NCBI GenBank assembly: GCA_965222605.1
Contig: OZ244960.1
Coordinates: 1,664,001 to 1,728,000 of the forward strand
Length of the DNA stretch: 64,000 nt
Origin: Candidatus Latescibacterota bacterium
GTDB lineage: Bacteria > Latescibacterota > UBA2968
Reading direction: 5' to 3'
Of this stretch, positions 39,651-51,864 are shown piece after piece (the first letter of the stretch is position 1; each line of letters opens with the position of its first letter). The notes beneath the pieces are model-generated. The model was not told where the DNA came from. It did no database searches and was given only the letters and a program-made list of their open reading frames with translations. A program made the translations under genes and the position numbers.

Positions 39651-40525
39651 CCAACCCCGCCGTTACCAATAAAATATCGACTCTTGTGAAGTTGATTTTC
39701 CGCATTGCTGGTGACAGCCGATAGAAATCCAGAACGGGCTGCGGCTGCACCCCAATTGCCATATTTGTCAATGGCGATATAGGCCATCTGAAAGGGGCGC
39801 GCAGAGGGAACGCGCGCAATGAGATGTTGTACAACAGCTTCGCAGGCTTCCTGCGGAGATTTGCCCTGCCGCATGTGTTCAACAACAGCATACGACCCAC
39901 AGGTGCGAGTGATCTCCTCACCGCGTCCAGTAGCCGCGGCAGCCCCTGCGTCATTATCTGCATAAAGACCCGAGCCAATAAGCGGTGAGTCGCCAACGCG
40001 ACCGGGCAACTTAAAAGCCGCACCACTTGTGGTACAGGCTGCCGCGAGATTTCCGCGCTGGTCAAGCGCGATCATGCCAATGGTATCGTGGACATCTGCG
40101 GGAGGACCTGTTCGCTCCCTTTTCCACTTTTCCCAGGCTTCTCGCCCATGCTCTGTAAGCATATTGCATTCTTCAAAGCCCTGTGCACGAGCGAATTTCA
40201 GCGCGCCATTGCCCACGAGAAAAACGTGATCGGTTTTCTCCATCACGCGCCGCGCCACAGCAGTGGGCGTGGCAATCTTTCTAAGCCCAGCCACCGCACC
40301 ATAACCGAGGGTGCGTCCGTCCATAACCGCGGCATCGACTTCGACCTCGCCCTCGGCATTGGGATATCCGCCGAACCCAACGCTCTTGACCGCAGAATCG
40401 CGTTCCGCCACTTCAACACCCCGCACAACAGCATCGAGCACAGAGCCACCGCTTTTCAAAATTTCCCAGGCGGGCTGATTAGAAGACAAACCAAATCGCC
40501 ATGTGGATACAACAATGTGGGACAT
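39647..40525 (-). CDS. N(4)-(beta-N-acetylglucosaminyl)-L-asparaginase (Ntn hydrolase)
   Basis: SVGFGGYP, HDTIG autoproteolysis site, TSG...K.PGRVGDSP..G.G. Confidence 0.9.
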   Translation of the reverse strand: MSHIVVSTWRFGLSSNQPAWEILKSGGSVLDAVVRGVEVAERDSAVKSVGFGGYPNAEGEVEVDAAVMDGRTLGYGAVAGLRKIATPTAVARRVMEKTDHVFLVGNGALKFARAQGFEECNMLTEHGREAWEKWKRERTGPPADVHDTIGMIALDQRGNLAAACTTSGAAFKLPGRVGDSPLIGSGLYADNDAGAAAATGRGEEITRTCGSYAVVEHMRQGKSPQEACEAVVQHLIARVPSARPFQMAYIAIDKYGNWGAAAARSGFLSAVTSNAENQLHKSRYFIGNGGVG

Positions 40526-40558
40526 CGCCTTCTTTCTATCTGAAATTTTGAACCTTTC

Positions 40559-41854
40559 CTATTCTCCCATCGCCCGGTAAATCGCATCTCGCGTACCTTC
40601 GAGATCAAAACACTCATACTGGTTGTCGTACATCACACGCGACGCAATATGCATAGCCTGTGACTCGGTCAAATAGCCCTCTTCTACTTCTGCTTCGAGG
40701 GTTTTATCAAGCCAGAAACGGGTTTGAAATGCGTAAGCAGCGGCGCTGGTGGGCCAGCGCGTATCGCCGCCAAAAACAAAAAGCTTGTTGATAGGAGCAC
40801 CGTGGATAAATCGGCGGACAAAGTCGCCTGAAGCATAGGGATTGATAGACCAGGCCCAGCACAGATCTGCCCAAACATTTTTGTAGTGCTTGGTCAGCGC
40901 AATGAGTTCATCGCTATAGGGATAGGCAATGTGCATCAGCACAAAGCGGGCGTCGAGATACTTGGCCAAAAGCGCGCAGAGATTGCCAGCTTTGATGCGG
41001 TCAACGGGCATGCGATTATTGCCGGCGTAATAGCCTGTGTGGAGTTTGAAGGGCAAATTGTGTTCAATAGTCAGTTCCACACCGCGTGCCCAGCACCAGT
41101 CGCCAAGGCACAATCGCATGGACTCGGAAACATTGTTATTCGAGCTAAGCGTGGCGTAAAGCGCGCGTTCGACATCGCCGCGAGCGCGCTCTTGCCAATT
41201 GAGGGTGCGATTGTACGCATGTTGGGCTTTAACCGCAATGGCACAAGGCGCGTGTTTCTCAAATATAGCCTCCATCGCCTTCTGAAGAGAATCGAGATCA
41301 ACCACGGTAATACCGGTATCTTCAGCAATGGATTTTTGGTCTATCTGTCCACTGCAAAACCCCGCCCATGAGAGATCGTAAAGAAAAAAGTCGGGACCTG
41401 ATTCGTCGGGAGCGCAAGGCCAGGAAGAATCATCGGTTTGAATATGGTCGAGATTCGCGACTTCGCGCAGCAAATTGTAGCGACCGCCGGGAGTACGCAG
41501 TTCGGTCAGTTTTTCCTGTGCAGGCGCGAGCACATCGGGCGTGAGTTCGTCAAAACCATACACATCGGTGACAATGCGCCGCACAGCCTCGCCATAACCC
41601 GTGTATTGCGTGGCCTCCCACGCCGCGCGAACACCTTCAAAACGCCCGGCAAGATCGGGATCTGAGGCATCTGTGAGACGACTCAGGGCTTCTTGTGATG
41701 CACCGGCCGTAATGAGATCAGCGGGCACATAATTGCCAAAGAGATCCTGTAATACATCGGGGCCATGATCGATCCAGTCAGGCTCCCGACGAAGATGCTC
41801 GTGCGTATCGCACAGCGCGGTTTGTTTGATATGTTCAGACAGATTGGTAGCCAT
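40559..41854 (-). CDS. Amidohydrolase family protein
   Basis: DTHEH, KLHTG, LMHIAYPY, DLCW, FGGD. Confidence 0.82.
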   Translation of the reverse strand: MATNLSEHIKQTALCDTHEHLRREPDWIDHGPDVLQDLFGNYVPADLITAGASQEALSRLTDASDPDLAGRFEGVRAAWEATQYTGYGEAVRRIVTDVYGFDELTPDVLAPAQEKLTELRTPGGRYNLLREVANLDHIQTDDSSWPCAPDESGPDFFLYDLSWAGFCSGQIDQKSIAEDTGITVVDLDSLQKAMEAIFEKHAPCAIAVKAQHAYNRTLNWQERARGDVERALYATLSSNNNVSESMRLCLGDWCWARGVELTIEHNLPFKLHTGYYAGNNRMPVDRIKAGNLCALLAKYLDARFVLMHIAYPYSDELIALTKHYKNVWADLCWAWSINPYASGDFVRRFIHGAPINKLFVFGGDTRWPTSAAAYAFQTRFWLDKTLEAEVEEGYLTESQAMHIASRVMYDNQYECFDLEGTRDAIYRAMGE

Positions 41855-41881
41855 GTTCTTAGTCCTCCCCAACTGATTTTA

Positions 41882-42649
41882 TCATCTCGCAATTTTCAAC
41901 CAATACCCTCCATCCACACTCAACACCGTCCCCGTAATATAGTCGGCAGCATCGGAACAGAGAAACGCGGCGGCATTGGCAATATCTTCGGGCGTACCCA
42001 GACGCTTCCAGGGCAGCGTGGAGGCAGCCTCGCGGATTTGTTCTTCAGTCGCATATTGACGCTCACCGGGCGTGTCGATATACCCGGGCGTAATAACATT
42101 GGCGCGAATGCGGTGATCGGTAAGCTCGTTGGCAATAGTAGCCGACATCTGATTGATCCCCGCCTTCGCCGCATTATAGGGCAACGATGTCGGAAAGGGG
42201 ATATTGGACAAAACAGAACTGATAAAGAGAATCGCACCCCCTTCGCCCTGTTTGACCATCTGGCGAGCGCCAGCTTGAGCCATGTGGAAAGCCCCCCAAA
42301 ACGTGACCTCAAGCGTGCGCCGCGCGCCATCCAATTCCAGATCGAGAAAAGGTTCGCGTTTGCTGTAATACGCATTGGAAACCACAATATCGAGACGCCC
42401 AAATTGCTCAACCGTGGCGGCGACCATCGCATCTACCGCATCGCGGTCAGAGACATCTGCTCCATAGACAAGCGCGTTGGACCCCGCATTGCGAATCTCA
42501 GCAGCGACCTCCTCGGCCTCGTCGGGATGCGTGCGGTAGTTGACCGCGACCTTTGCGCCCGAACACCCCATCCGAAGGGCTATGCCGCGCCCAATACCGC
42601 GCGACGCGCCAGAAATAAGCGCGACCTTTCCATCCAAATTGATATTCAT
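41882..42649 (-). CDS. SDR oxidoreductase (glucose 1-dehydrogenase-like)
   Basis: SGASRGIG, YNAAK, PGYIDTP, VDGG. Confidence 0.9.
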   Translation of the reverse strand: MNINLDGKVALISGASRGIGRGIALRMGCSGAKVAVNYRTHPDEAEEVAAEIRNAGSNALVYGADVSDRDAVDAMVAATVEQFGRLDIVVSNAYYSKREPFLDLELDGARRTLEVTFWGAFHMAQAGARQMVKQGEGGAILFISSVLSNIPFPTSLPYNAAKAGINQMSATIANELTDHRIRANVITPGYIDTPGERQYATEEQIREAASTLPWKRLGTPEDIANAAAFLCSDAADYITGTVLSVDGGYWLKIAR

Positions 42650-43071
42650 AAAGAACTCCTTGGCAGACCGGTCCCCGGCCACTGATCATCACTGGACGTA
42701 ATATCCACAGTGATGCCATCGGGGTCCTCTACTTTGAACGCACCCTCTTCGAGCTTGTCTGCAGCCAAAGGTTCCTTACCGCCCAGACCATCGGAAAAAA
42801 TCTCGTAGCCCATCTCCGTCAAACGCCGTGCTACTGCTTCCAGGTCGGGAACGCGAATACCAATATGCAAATAATCCAGCATCCCGCTGACATGCCCTGG
42901 GCGAGAAGGCCCATTGTGCTGAAAAATGCGAAAATTGTGATATCCATCGGTCAGATCAAAAGATTGACCCCGATCTTGAACAAGACGCAAACCCAGGCCA
43001 TCCCGCCAGAAGCGGATGGTCTCATCGAGATCTGTGGCGCGCACGCCAATATGAACAAGTGTGGTATCCAT
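42646..43071 (-). CDS. VOC/glyoxalase family protein
   Basis: HIGVRATDL...IRFW...LGL, HIGIRV.DL, EDPDG. Confidence 0.85.
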   Translation of the reverse strand: MDTTLVHIGVRATDLDETIRFWRDGLGLRLVQDRGQSFDLTDGYHNFRIFQHNGPSRPGHVSGMLDYLHIGIRVPDLEAVARRLTEMGYEIFSDGLGGKEPLAADKLEEGAFKVEDPDGITVDITSSDDQWPGTGLPRSSL

Positions 43072-43128
43072 AATAGTATTCCTCCTCTTAAAGTGTAATC
43101 TGCCCAACCCCTCTTAGCCTCTCACCTT

Positions 43129-43153
43129 TTCATCGGTGTTCATCGGTGGTTGC
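43129..43153 (+). repeat. 10-bp tandem repeat x2 ending in GTTGC (dispersed element, copy 2)
   Basis: ttcatcggtg ttcatcggtg gttgc. Confidence 0.6.
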
Positions 43154-43166
43154 TTTTGACTTTCCC

Positions 43167-44918
43167 TCACCGCTGATCCCACAATTGTCGCATCTCCGCA
43201 CTCGATTTGAGCAACTCGTCCAGCGTCCCCACGCCCTCAATATGACCATTTTTCAGAACGACAATTTGATCTGCGCGGCGAAGTGCGGGACGGCGGTGAG
43301 AAACCACGAGACAGGTAGCCCGGCGATGTTCAAAAACGCGCTGCCAGAGAATGCGCTCGGTTTCTACATCCAGTGCAGAAGACAGATCGTCGAAAACCAA
43401 AAGTTCGGGACCGCGAATAAACATACGGGCGGCAGCAGTGCGCTGAACTTGTCCGCCGGAAAGTTTGACACCGCGCGGCCCAACAACCGTATCCAGGCCG
43501 TCTTCAAGGGTGGGAATATCGGTTTCCATGACGCCATTGTAAAGCGCGTGTTCGAGTGCTTGTGGGTCATTGGGCAATCCCAAAAGGATATTATCGCGCA
43601 GAGACTCGCTGAAAAGACGCGGAACTTGCGGCGTGTAAGCACAGCGTGGAGGCACAAAAAAAGTTTTGGGATCCGCGACTTTTTTACCATTCCAGTAAAT
43701 ATCCCCGCTCGCAAGCGGAAGAACACCGATAAGCGCGCGGATAAGCGTGGTTTTTCCAGAGCCGATTTGTCCAGTAATAACCGTAAACGATCCAGCGGGA
43801 ATGACGAGATCAATATTGTAAATGCCATTTTCAGACTTGGGATAGGTATATGTCATATTGCAAATGGTGAGTGTTTTCAGCCTGTCCGATTCCTCACGGG
43901 ATGGCAAACGCAGTTCGTCGGGTTCTGTATTGAGATAAACATCCGTGTGTTGAGAGATGCGTTCGCGGGGAAGATCTTCAATAGTATAGGCCATTCGAAA
44001 ATAAGAAACTTCGGCGCGCTTGTGATTGGTGAGAATAGTCCCAAGCAAAGAACCGCTTCGGGCAACCTGACCGACATAAGTGGTAAAAAGTGCCATATCG
44101 CCAACCGTGAACGCGCCCGATTTCATTTTTTCCGCCACGAGGATCAGGATAACGCCCGTGGCAATATGACCGAGGTTGAAATTGATGGAACTCAGGATCT
44201 GAGTAAAGAGATTATCTATAAGAGTAGATACGCGGCGCGCATCATTGAGTTGCCGAAAGCGATCAATCACATAGGCTTGCGTGGTGGAAACTTTGACAGC
44301 GAGAATAGATTGAAACATCTCATTGATAAAATTGGTGGAACGCTCTGTTGCAAGGCGCTGCGCGGTGCGGTATTTGTGAATATAATTGCGAGCAAAATCG
44401 ACAACAATAACCACGCATATCGCCGGGATAATCGTGATAAAAGTGATATAGGGATCGATTTTCGACATATAAGAAATGGCGAGTGCTGCAAATACGAGAT
44501 TGCCCCACATATGGATATATCGATCGAGATATTGAATAATGCCCAATACATCGTCTCGAAATCGGTTGGTCACTTCGCCGGAAGCAGTGGAAATTCGCCC
44601 CGGATCTCGAACCTCGAGAATAGCGGTCATAAGATTTTTCCGCAAAAGCGTTTCAATAGCATACCACCAGCGCGGCCAGGCAAAAGCCGAACCGAGAAGG
44701 GAGATGCGGTCGCCAATCTCAACAGCGACAAAAAGCGCGACAAGCGACCAGGCAGTGAACCCCGCCTCGGCCTGACCGGTGAGCGCGTCAAAAAAACCCT
44801 TCATAATAACGCCCGCGAGAAAGGGCGCGACATCGTCAATACCGCGAAAAAATATCGTGGTAAAAAAAAGTCCGGGACGATACTTGAGCAATCGCCATGT
44901 CGTTTGGCCCATCGTCAT
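43167..44918 (-). CDS. ABC exporter, fused TMD-NBD (heterodimer subunit)
   Basis: [17 protein letters not shown] (degenerate Walker B), VSH. Confidence 0.9.
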   Translation of the reverse strand: MTMGQTTWRLLKYRPGLFFTTIFFRGIDDVAPFLAGVIMKGFFDALTGQAEAGFTAWSLVALFVAVEIGDRISLLGSAFAWPRWWYAIETLLRKNLMTAILEVRDPGRISTASGEVTNRFRDDVLGIIQYLDRYIHMWGNLVFAALAISYMSKIDPYITFITIIPAICVVIVVDFARNYIHKYRTAQRLATERSTNFINEMFQSILAVKVSTTQAYVIDRFRQLNDARRVSTLIDNLFTQILSSINFNLGHIATGVILILVAEKMKSGAFTVGDMALFTTYVGQVARSGSLLGTILTNHKRAEVSYFRMAYTIEDLPRERISQHTDVYLNTEPDELRLPSREESDRLKTLTICNMTYTYPKSENGIYNIDLVIPAGSFTVITGQIGSGKTTLIRALIGVLPLASGDIYWNGKKVADPKTFFVPPRCAYTPQVPRLFSESLRDNILLGLPNDPQALEHALYNGVMETDIPTLEDGLDTVVGPRGVKLSGGQVQRTAAARMFIRGPELLVFDDLSSALDVETERILWQRVFEHRRATCLVVSHRRPALRRADQIVVLKNGHIEGVGTLDELLKSSAEMRQLWDQR

Positions 44919-46675
44919 GCGATAAGTTCCTCCAAACCGGTATTGAGCAGGCGTGAAAACTGCGAGTTTGGATCTGCGACGAGTTCTGTGCGAAGGCCAG
45001 ATTCCCGCACCTGCCCGTCGTCGAGAATGAGGATATTATCCACGCGCTCTACAGTTTCAAGGCGATGCGCAATAATAATACCCGTGCGATCCTGCAACAG
45101 GCGTTCCACTGCAAAATTGATATTCTGCTCGGTTGCGGGATCGAGCCGCGATGAGGGCTCGTCTAAAATGACCAGGCTGGGGTCCTTGAGGAAAACGCGG
45201 GCAAAGGCGAGCAATTGGGCTTCACCGGCCGAGAGGCTACTTGCGGAGAGTTCTGTCTCCAACCCCTCGGAGAGAGACGCATACCATGCACCGAGGCCGA
45301 GGTCGTCGAGTATGGCGACGATTTTTTTGTCCGAAAAATCGGGCCGAAAAAGGGTGAGGTTGTCGCGTACACTCGCGTTGAAAAGTTGCACATCCTGCGT
45401 AACGAGACCGACGTGCTGCCGCAAATCGTCGAGAAAAATGTCCCGGATATTTTGATCACCAATGCGGATTTGTCCACGCTGAATATCGTAAAAGCGAAAG
45501 AGCAAGCGGGTAATGGTGGTCTTGCCACTGCCCGTGCGCCCCAACAGACCGAGGGTTTTGCCCGGGTCGAGAGAAAAGGAAATATCCCGCAAAACCGGAT
45601 CGCCGGGATTGTACGCAAAATGGACATTGTCAAACGCAATGCCCAAAGGCATTACCTCGAGTTTACCAGAAGGAGTAGCTAATTTCTCTTTCCCATCCTG
45701 AATGCGGGTCTGGATACGGTGCAATTCTTCAATGCGTTTGAGGCCAGCGGTGGCGCGTTGTAAATCGTTGATTTGCTGGCTGATTTGAAATAGCGGCTCG
45801 CGCAACATCGACGTGTAGTGAAAAATGAGAAAAACCGCGCCAATTGTAAACGTACCTTCCCGATAAAGCCAGATGCCCATGCCCATTGCAAGCGCGTAAC
45901 CGAGCGCGAACATAATGCCGGTAATGGCACGCAATCCCTCGCTCATAAGCTCAGATTTTTTTACACGGGCAAAAACGCCGTTATTGACCCTGTAAAACCG
46001 ATTCACGGTATAGTCACCCGCGCCATTTGTGCGGATGTCTTCAAGGCCGAGCAATCGCTCTTCGATAAAGCCGTACAAACGCGCATAACTTTCGCGTTCG
46101 GCCGTGTAAATGGGCACGGCAATATTGCGCGTCAGATTAAAAACAATAAAGGCGAGAATCGAAAAAGCGGTCAGAGCTGCGCCCACGCGCCAATCTTCGC
46201 GGAAGACGAGAATGAGGACGCCCAAAAGAAAAAATGAGCTTCCAATAACATGGAGGACAAATTGCGAAAAAAAATTGGAAAGTGCCGTCGTATCGCCGTC
46301 AACGCGCTCGATCATCTCGCCCGGGGTGTGCTCGTGGTGAAAGCCCATATCGAGATTGAGACAGTGGTGTGCGAGCGTATTCCGCATCTGATTCGTTGCG
46401 CGCCAGCCCACGTCTTGGCCGAGATAAGAACTCACAATTTGCACGCCCTGGCGAATAATGCCAATGGCGAGAAAGGCAATACCCGCCCATACCAGATTTT
46501 GCACGGCACCATCTGCCTGCGCCGTATCAATAAAATATCGGATGATCTGGGGATTGAGCAGATTGAGACCAATGCCCGTGAACATGAAAACGCCTAAAAG
46601 AACAACGCGCTTCCAATGAGGGCGGAGATAGTGTATCAGGAGGGAGGCATAATGCCTGAGGGGGACGCGTTCCAA
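44915..46675 (-). CDS. ABC exporter, fused TMD-NBD (heterodimer subunit)
   Basis: [21 protein letters not shown]; start uncertain (46675 TTG or 46723). Confidence 0.88.
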   Translation of the reverse strand: MERVPLRHYASLLIHYLRPHWKRVVLLGVFMFTGIGLNLLNPQIIRYFIDTAQADGAVQNLVWAGIAFLAIGIIRQGVQIVSSYLGQDVGWRATNQMRNTLAHHCLNLDMGFHHEHTPGEMIERVDGDTTALSNFFSQFVLHVIGSSFFLLGVLILVFREDWRVGAALTAFSILAFIVFNLTRNIAVPIYTAERESYARLYGFIEERLLGLEDIRTNGAGDYTVNRFYRVNNGVFARVKKSELMSEGLRAITGIMFALGYALAMGMGIWLYREGTFTIGAVFLIFHYTSMLREPLFQISQQINDLQRATAGLKRIEELHRIQTRIQDGKEKLATPSGKLEVMPLGIAFDNVHFAYNPGDPVLRDISFSLDPGKTLGLLGRTGSGKTTITRLLFRFYDIQRGQIRIGDQNIRDIFLDDLRQHVGLVTQDVQLFNASVRDNLTLFRPDFSDKKIVAILDDLGLGAWYASLSEGLETELSASSLSAGEAQLLAFARVFLKDPSLVILDEPSSRLDPATEQNINFAVERLLQDRTGIIIAHRLETVERVDNILILDDGQVRESGLRTELVADPNSQFSRLLNTGLEELIA

Positions 46676-46808
46676 GAGGATTCCCGAAGTAAAAAAAGAA
46701 AAACCGTCGCCCGAATAGATCAAAGTTCTTGAAAATTACCATGTCGCATGTTAATTTCCAAACGAAATTTGATCACTAACACTATAATCCAACAAAGCAT
46801 CTGGCTCA

Positions 46809-48083
46809 ATGCAACCCAAACTCATCCCCATTCTAAAAAATACGGGTCTCGACATCCATTGGGAAAAATCCGCCGCAACATTCCCCGGCACCCTCCCTTT
46901 TCTGCAACCCGAAGCCATCCGCGAAAACGGCGACTGGGCAAATCTGCCACCCGACGCCATAGACTTCGCAATCCGCACCGCCCAAAAAATCGCCTCTGAT
47001 CCCGACCTCGCGCTTATGGCATGGCATGCCCATCGCCTGCTCTTCATCGACAAAAAGGCAGCCCGCGATTGGCCCCTCCTCTCGTCCATACTCGGCAATT
47101 TCGGCGGCGCCTTTTATCTCCTCATCGCGCTCTCGGGCATTCCACGACTCCGCACATACCACCAATCGCGCAACATCCCCGAACACATCACCCGCCTCAC
47201 CTGCCGCGATACGTACGTATGGGCGCAACAATACCACGACATTGGCGTTTCCAAAAACGATCGTTTCTTTCACCCCGGCGACCCCGGCGCATGGGGGCTA
47301 TGCACGCGCATCTTGCCCTGGCTGCTCGGCCATCTCAACGGCGACCTCTACCGCATAGGACGCTTGCAATATAAAATTGGACCTTTTCGCCAAAAAATGC
47401 GCGCGTACCGCCATCGCACCTCTGCATATCTGTGTCTCCTGTGCGAATCGGGCTTGGAATTTCGCACCGACGGCAACTTCAATGGCGCGGGCGGATGTGA
47501 AGATCCGCATGCATGGACATCTGAACTCACCGAAACCTCGACCCATATTATCGGCAATCCCATTCACCCCAACGGCCATGCACAACGCCAGCCGGTCAGC
47601 CTCTCGCGTTCTCACTGGGATTGCGTCCTCACCGAAGATGATCCCATCCTCGAAATTCACATCCCCGAAGACGGACCAATGGGATTTGAAAATTGCGGCG
47701 ACTCCCTCCGCCATGTCGCCGATTTTTTTCCCAAACACTTCCCCGACCGCCCCTTCAAAGCGATCTGTTGCACATCCTGGTTGCTCGACCCCACATACCA
47801 GCACTTGCTCGCCAAAAATTCCAACATCGCTCGCTTCCAGCGCGAATGTTACCTCTTCCCACTCAACTCACGCAGCAGACACAGTGGCCTCGAACGCATC
47901 TTCGGCCCCTATGTCCACGACCTCTCCACAGCCCCACGCGACAGCAGCATGAGAGCCGCAGTACTCGATCACATCGACAACGGCGGCGCACTCATCAGCG
48001 GCGGCGGCCTCCTCTGGACAGACCACCTCGACAAATGGGGCACCCAATTTTATCTCCACTACTCTCCCATTCCCCAAAGTTGA
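46809..48083 (+). CDS. GNAT-like N-acyltransferase (NAT_N/GNAT_C type)
   Basis: [30 protein letters not shown]. Confidence 0.72.
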   Translation: MQPKLIPILKNTGLDIHWEKSAATFPGTLPFLQPEAIRENGDWANLPPDAIDFAIRTAQKIASDPDLALMAWHAHRLLFIDKKAARDWPLLSSILGNFGGAFYLLIALSGIPRLRTYHQSRNIPEHITRLTCRDTYVWAQQYHDIGVSKNDRFFHPGDPGAWGLCTRILPWLLGHLNGDLYRIGRLQYKIGPFRQKMRAYRHRTSAYLCLLCESGLEFRTDGNFNGAGGCEDPHAWTSELTETSTHIIGNPIHPNGHAQRQPVSLSRSHWDCVLTEDDPILEIHIPEDGPMGFENCGDSLRHVADFFPKHFPDRPFKAICCTSWLLDPTYQHLLAKNSNIARFQRECYLFPLNSRSRHSGLERIFGPYVHDLSTAPRDSSMRAAVLDHIDNGGALISGGGLLWTDHLDKWGTQFYLHYSPIPQS

Positions 48084-48108
48084 CATCTTCCCAACCGCAC
48101 ATTACCTT
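48080..48108 (+). promoter_or_regulatory. Putative sigma-70 promoter of the sugar catabolic operon
   Basis: TTGACA-N17-TACCTT. Confidence 0.45.
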
Positions 48109-48174
48109 TTTCCCCAGCCTCCGTTATTTTATCCCCTGCTCTCAATACAAAACATCTTCATAAGGAGTTTCACA

Positions 48175-49836
48175 ATGACCTACCAACTTCCCGAACTCGC
48201 CGAACCCGAAGCACTTGAAAAGAACGAAGTCGTACTCATCGCCAACGGCGACCTGCGCTTATCTGCCAACCAGATGTGCTGGCCCGCACAAGAAGCAATG
48301 GAAAAAACCATTATAGCCGCAATCCAACGCGAAGGATGGAAAGTCCGTCGCGGACACCCATATAAAAAAGACGAGGAACACGGCTTTATCGGATCGCAAA
48401 AAGAGGGCATGCAAGTCTTCAAAAATATTCACCCCAACGCCCCCCTCATCGTGGCCGAAGCCGTCTGGCAATACAGCCACCATGTGCTTCACGGCCTGAT
48501 CTCACACCGCGGTCCCATCCTCACCCTTGCAAACTGGTCCGGGCAATGGCCCGGCCTCGTCGGCATGCTCAACCTCAACGGCTCCCTCACCAAAGCCGGC
48601 GTTGAATATAGCACCCTGTGGAGCCTGGACTTTACCGACGACTTCTTCAAACGCGGCCTGCGCGAATGGCTCGCCAGCGGCAGCGTCACCCACGATACCT
48701 CTCATGTGCGCGACGCCAACACCTTTCGCCTGCCCGAAGCCGAAGCCCAACTCGGACAGGCACTCGCCGCACAACTCCAGCGCGAAAAAGCTATTATGGG
48801 CGTCTTTGACGAAGGCTGCATGGGCATGTTTAACGCCATCATCCCCGACCACTTGCTCAATCCCACAGGCGTCTTCAAAGAACGCCTCTCACAATCTGCT
48901 CTCTGGGCAGAAATGCAAACCGTCACAGATGCAGAAGCAAGTGCTGTTCGCGCCTGGCTCGAGCGCAAGGGCCTCACCTTTGTCACCGGCACAAACGCCA
49001 CCGATGAACTCACCGACGACCAGATCGCTATGCAATGCAAAATGTACATTGCCGCCGTACGCATTGCCGATGATTTTGGTTGCGCCACCATTGGCATTCA
49101 ATATCAACAGGGCCTCAAAGACCTGTGCCCGGCATCTGATCTGGTCGAAGGCATTCTCAACAACGCAGATCGCCCCCCGGTCAAAGCGCGCGCCAATGGC
49201 CAGGTACTCTACGAAGGCGAGGCACTCCCGCATTTTAACGAAGTCGATGAATGCGCGGGCCTCGATGGTCTGATCACCAACCGCATCTGGAAAGCTTTGG
49301 GACAGCCACCCGAAAACACCTTGCACGACCTGCGCTGGGGCGAACACTATCGGGGAAATGGCATTGACGACTACGTATGGGTCTTCCTCATCTCTGGCGG
49401 CGCACCTCCTGCACACTATATCGACGGCTACAAAGGCACCTCTTCAGAACGCCAGCCCAACATGTATTTCCCACTCGGCGGCGGCACCTGCAAAGGCGTG
49501 AGCAAACCCGGCGAAATCGTCTGGAGCCGTATCTTCGTCCAAAATGACGAACTGCACATGGACATTGGTCGCGGTGGCGTCGTCGAACTTCCTCAACGAG
49601 AAACCGACCGCCGCTGGCAAGCCACCACTCCGCAGTGGCCCATTATGCACGCCGTCACCTATGGGATCTCCCGCGACCAGATGATGGCTCGCCACAAAGC
49701 CAACCACATCCAGGTCGCTTATGCCGAATCTGCACAGGCCGCCAACAACGCGCTGGCCGTAAAAATTGCCCTGATGCAAGCATTGGGCGTCAAAGTCCAT
49801 CTATGTGGCACAACTAACGGATTGGTGGTTAAATGA
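48175..49836 (+). CDS. L-fucose/L-arabinose isomerase-like protein
   Basis: [39 protein letters not shown]. Confidence 0.78.
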   Translation: MTYQLPELAEPEALEKNEVVLIANGDLRLSANQMCWPAQEAMEKTIIAAIQREGWKVRRGHPYKKDEEHGFIGSQKEGMQVFKNIHPNAPLIVAEAVWQYSHHVLHGLISHRGPILTLANWSGQWPGLVGMLNLNGSLTKAGVEYSTLWSLDFTDDFFKRGLREWLASGSVTHDTSHVRDANTFRLPEAEAQLGQALAAQLQREKAIMGVFDEGCMGMFNAIIPDHLLNPTGVFKERLSQSALWAEMQTVTDAEASAVRAWLERKGLTFVTGTNATDELTDDQIAMQCKMYIAAVRIADDFGCATIGIQYQQGLKDLCPASDLVEGILNNADRPPVKARANGQVLYEGEALPHFNEVDECAGLDGLITNRIWKALGQPPENTLHDLRWGEHYRGNGIDDYVWVFLISGGAPPAHYIDGYKGTSSERQPNMYFPLGGGTCKGVSKPGEIVWSRIFVQNDELHMDIGRGGVVELPQRETDRRWQATTPQWPIMHAVTYGISRDQMMARHKANHIQVAYAESAQAANNALAVKIALMQALGVKVHLCGTTNGLVVK

Positions 49837-50843
49837 ACCGTGTTCGTATTGGCGTTATCGGCGTGGGCAATATCGCTCGCAATTACCATTTACCCCCTGT
49901 ACACGCACTCCCGAATGCCGAACTCGTCGCCGTTGCAGACCTCGACGAATCGCTGAGATTAAAAGCACAGAAACAGTTCGGCTTTCGCGATGCGTACACC
50001 GATTACCGCCGTATTTTAGACCGCGACGACATTCACGCCATCATGCTCCTCACCCGCGTGAATACACACACCGAAATCATTCCTGCAGCCCTCGAAGCGG
50101 GCAAACACGTCTTCACCCAAAAGCCCTTTGCACTGACAAATGAAGACGCTGAATTTCTTGCTCAGGCAGCCAGACGCACGGGCAATCGCCTTGTCTGCAG
50201 CTTCATGCATCGCTACTTTCCGCATACCCAGGGGGCGCGTCGAATCCTGCAGGAAGGCAAAATCGGCCGACTTGAAATGGTGCGCCATCGCAACTGTATT
50301 GGCAGTCACTACGACAACGCCGTCCGTTTGTGGGGTGGTGTCCTCGACATTGGTACACATGGCATAGACGTCATCCGGTATCTCACCGAACAGGACGTTG
50401 TCAAAGTACAGGCCATGATGGATCCGTATCTCACCAATGCAAACCTGCCGATAGACCCCACCATCAACCGCCCCAATGAAACCGTGGCCATCATGAATTT
50501 TGAAATGTCCGGCGGCACCCTCGTCACCTTTGAAATGCACTGGACCCAACGCGGTGGCGCAGGAGCCTATTATGCCGAACACTACGGCGATGGAGGCTCG
50601 ATGTTCATCAAACATCCCATTGCGCCAGCAGCCCTCGTTTACACCCAGGGCCGCAAAGGCGACTGGATCCAACCGAACCTCGAACAACATCCCAAAGGCC
50701 ACCTGCACCACAAAACCTTCATAGACGACATCCTCAACAACACCTGTGAAAGTGCCACTCCCGAAGACGCCCTGGCCACCGTAAAAATTATCAACGCCGC
50801 TTACGAAGCGGCACAAACTGGAAAAACAATTACCGTAGGCTAA
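49833..50843 (+). CDS. Gfo/Idh/MocA oxidoreductase
   Basis: [27 protein letters not shown]. Confidence 0.9.
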   Translation: MNRVRIGVIGVGNIARNYHLPPVHALPNAELVAVADLDESLRLKAQKQFGFRDAYTDYRRILDRDDIHAIMLLTRVNTHTEIIPAALEAGKHVFTQKPFALTNEDAEFLAQAARRTGNRLVCSFMHRYFPHTQGARRILQEGKIGRLEMVRHRNCIGSHYDNAVRLWGGVLDIGTHGIDVIRYLTEQDVVKVQAMMDPYLTNANLPIDPTINRPNETVAIMNFEMSGGTLVTFEMHWTQRGGAGAYYAEHYGDGGSMFIKHPIAPAALVYTQGRKGDWIQPNLEQHPKGHLHHKTFIDDILNNTCESATPEDALATVKIINAAYEAAQTGKTITVG

Positions 50844-50860
50844 AAAAAGGACACATTGCC

Positions 50861-51790
50861 ATGAGAATCGCGCTCGTCATCCGCCCGTTCACCAATGAAA
50901 ACCTCCAGACCGCGCTTCAAATGGGCGTGGAAGACATCGTAACGGTCTTACCCAATGCTGGTCCCGTCTGGGATTACCTCGCCATCTTGCGCCACAAAAA
51001 ACGCATTGAAGACCAGGGCTTACGCTGGTCTGTTGTCGAATCTGTTCCCATCTCAGACACCATCAAACTGGGTCTTGAGGGTCGCGACAAAGAAATCGAC
51101 CAATACTGTCAGACCATTCGCAACCTCGGCGCAGCGGGCATTCCCGTGATGTGTTACAATTGGATGACCATCTTTGACTGGATGCGCACATCTATGACCA
51201 CCCGCACGCGCGGCGGTGCCCTGGCCAGTACTTACGATCACAGCGATATGGAAAACGCGCCACCCATCACCGACTATGGCGACATCACCGAAGAACGCCT
51301 CTGGGAAAACCTCGAATACTTTCTCAAAAAAGTTATTCCCGTTGCCGAAGAAGCCGGCGTCAAACAGGGCTTGCACCCCGACGACCCACCCCTCTCGCCC
51401 ATTCGCGGTGTTGCCCGCATCATCACCAGCCCCGAAGCCTATGATCGCGTCATCTCTTTCATTCCCAGTGAATACAATGGCCTCACCTATTGCCAGGGCA
51501 ACTTCAAAGCCATGGGTGCCGACATTCCAGCCACCATACACCACTTCAAAGACCACATTCACTTCGCCCACTTCCGCGATCTTCACGGCCAGGTACCCAC
51601 CTTCTCCGAATCCTTTCACGACGACGGCGACACCGACATGGCAGAGGCTATTCGCGCTTACAAAGCAATCGGATTTAAGGGCGTCACGCCCACGTTTGCA
51701 ATTGACGAGGAGGATGTAGGAGGCTACAACTTCCTCGGACGGCTCTATGCGGTCGGTTACATGCGCGGGCTTATACATGGGACAGAGTAA
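50861..51790 (+). CDS. uxuA: Mannonate dehydratase homolog lacking the RPDH motif
   Basis: WSVVES, CYNWM..FDW.RT, LWENLEYFL, HPDDPP, HFAHFRD, H..GD.DM, GRLYAVGY. Confidence 0.85.
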   Translation: MRIALVIRPFTNENLQTALQMGVEDIVTVLPNAGPVWDYLAILRHKKRIEDQGLRWSVVESVPISDTIKLGLEGRDKEIDQYCQTIRNLGAAGIPVMCYNWMTIFDWMRTSMTTRTRGGALASTYDHSDMENAPPITDYGDITEERLWENLEYFLKKVIPVAEEAGVKQGLHPDDPPLSPIRGVARIITSPEAYDRVISFIPSEYNGLTYCQGNFKAMGADIPATIHHFKDHIHFAHFRDLHGQVPTFSESFHDDGDTDMAEAIRAYKAIGFKGVTPTFAIDEEDVGGYNFLGRLYAVGYMRGLIHGTE

Positions 51791-51810
51791 AAATCCAAAA
51801 ATTGAAAATA

Positions 51811-51843
51811 AAAAAAGGCTGCGATCTTTCGACCGCAGCCTTT
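51811..51843. terminator. Rho-independent terminator between convergent genes
   Basis: AAAGGCTGCG-N10-CGCAGCCTTT with a long U-tract on the minus strand. Confidence 0.8.
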
Positions 51844-51864
51844 AGTGTATCCGGTGGGAGCTTC

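Noticed and set aside
32489-43153. CRISPR-like interpretation of the short repeats
   Set aside because: Units are 8-12 bp and tandem, with no spacers and no cas genes
43146-45455. 769-aa plus-strand ORF
   Set aside because: Antisense shadow of two clear ABC transporter genes; no recognisable motifs
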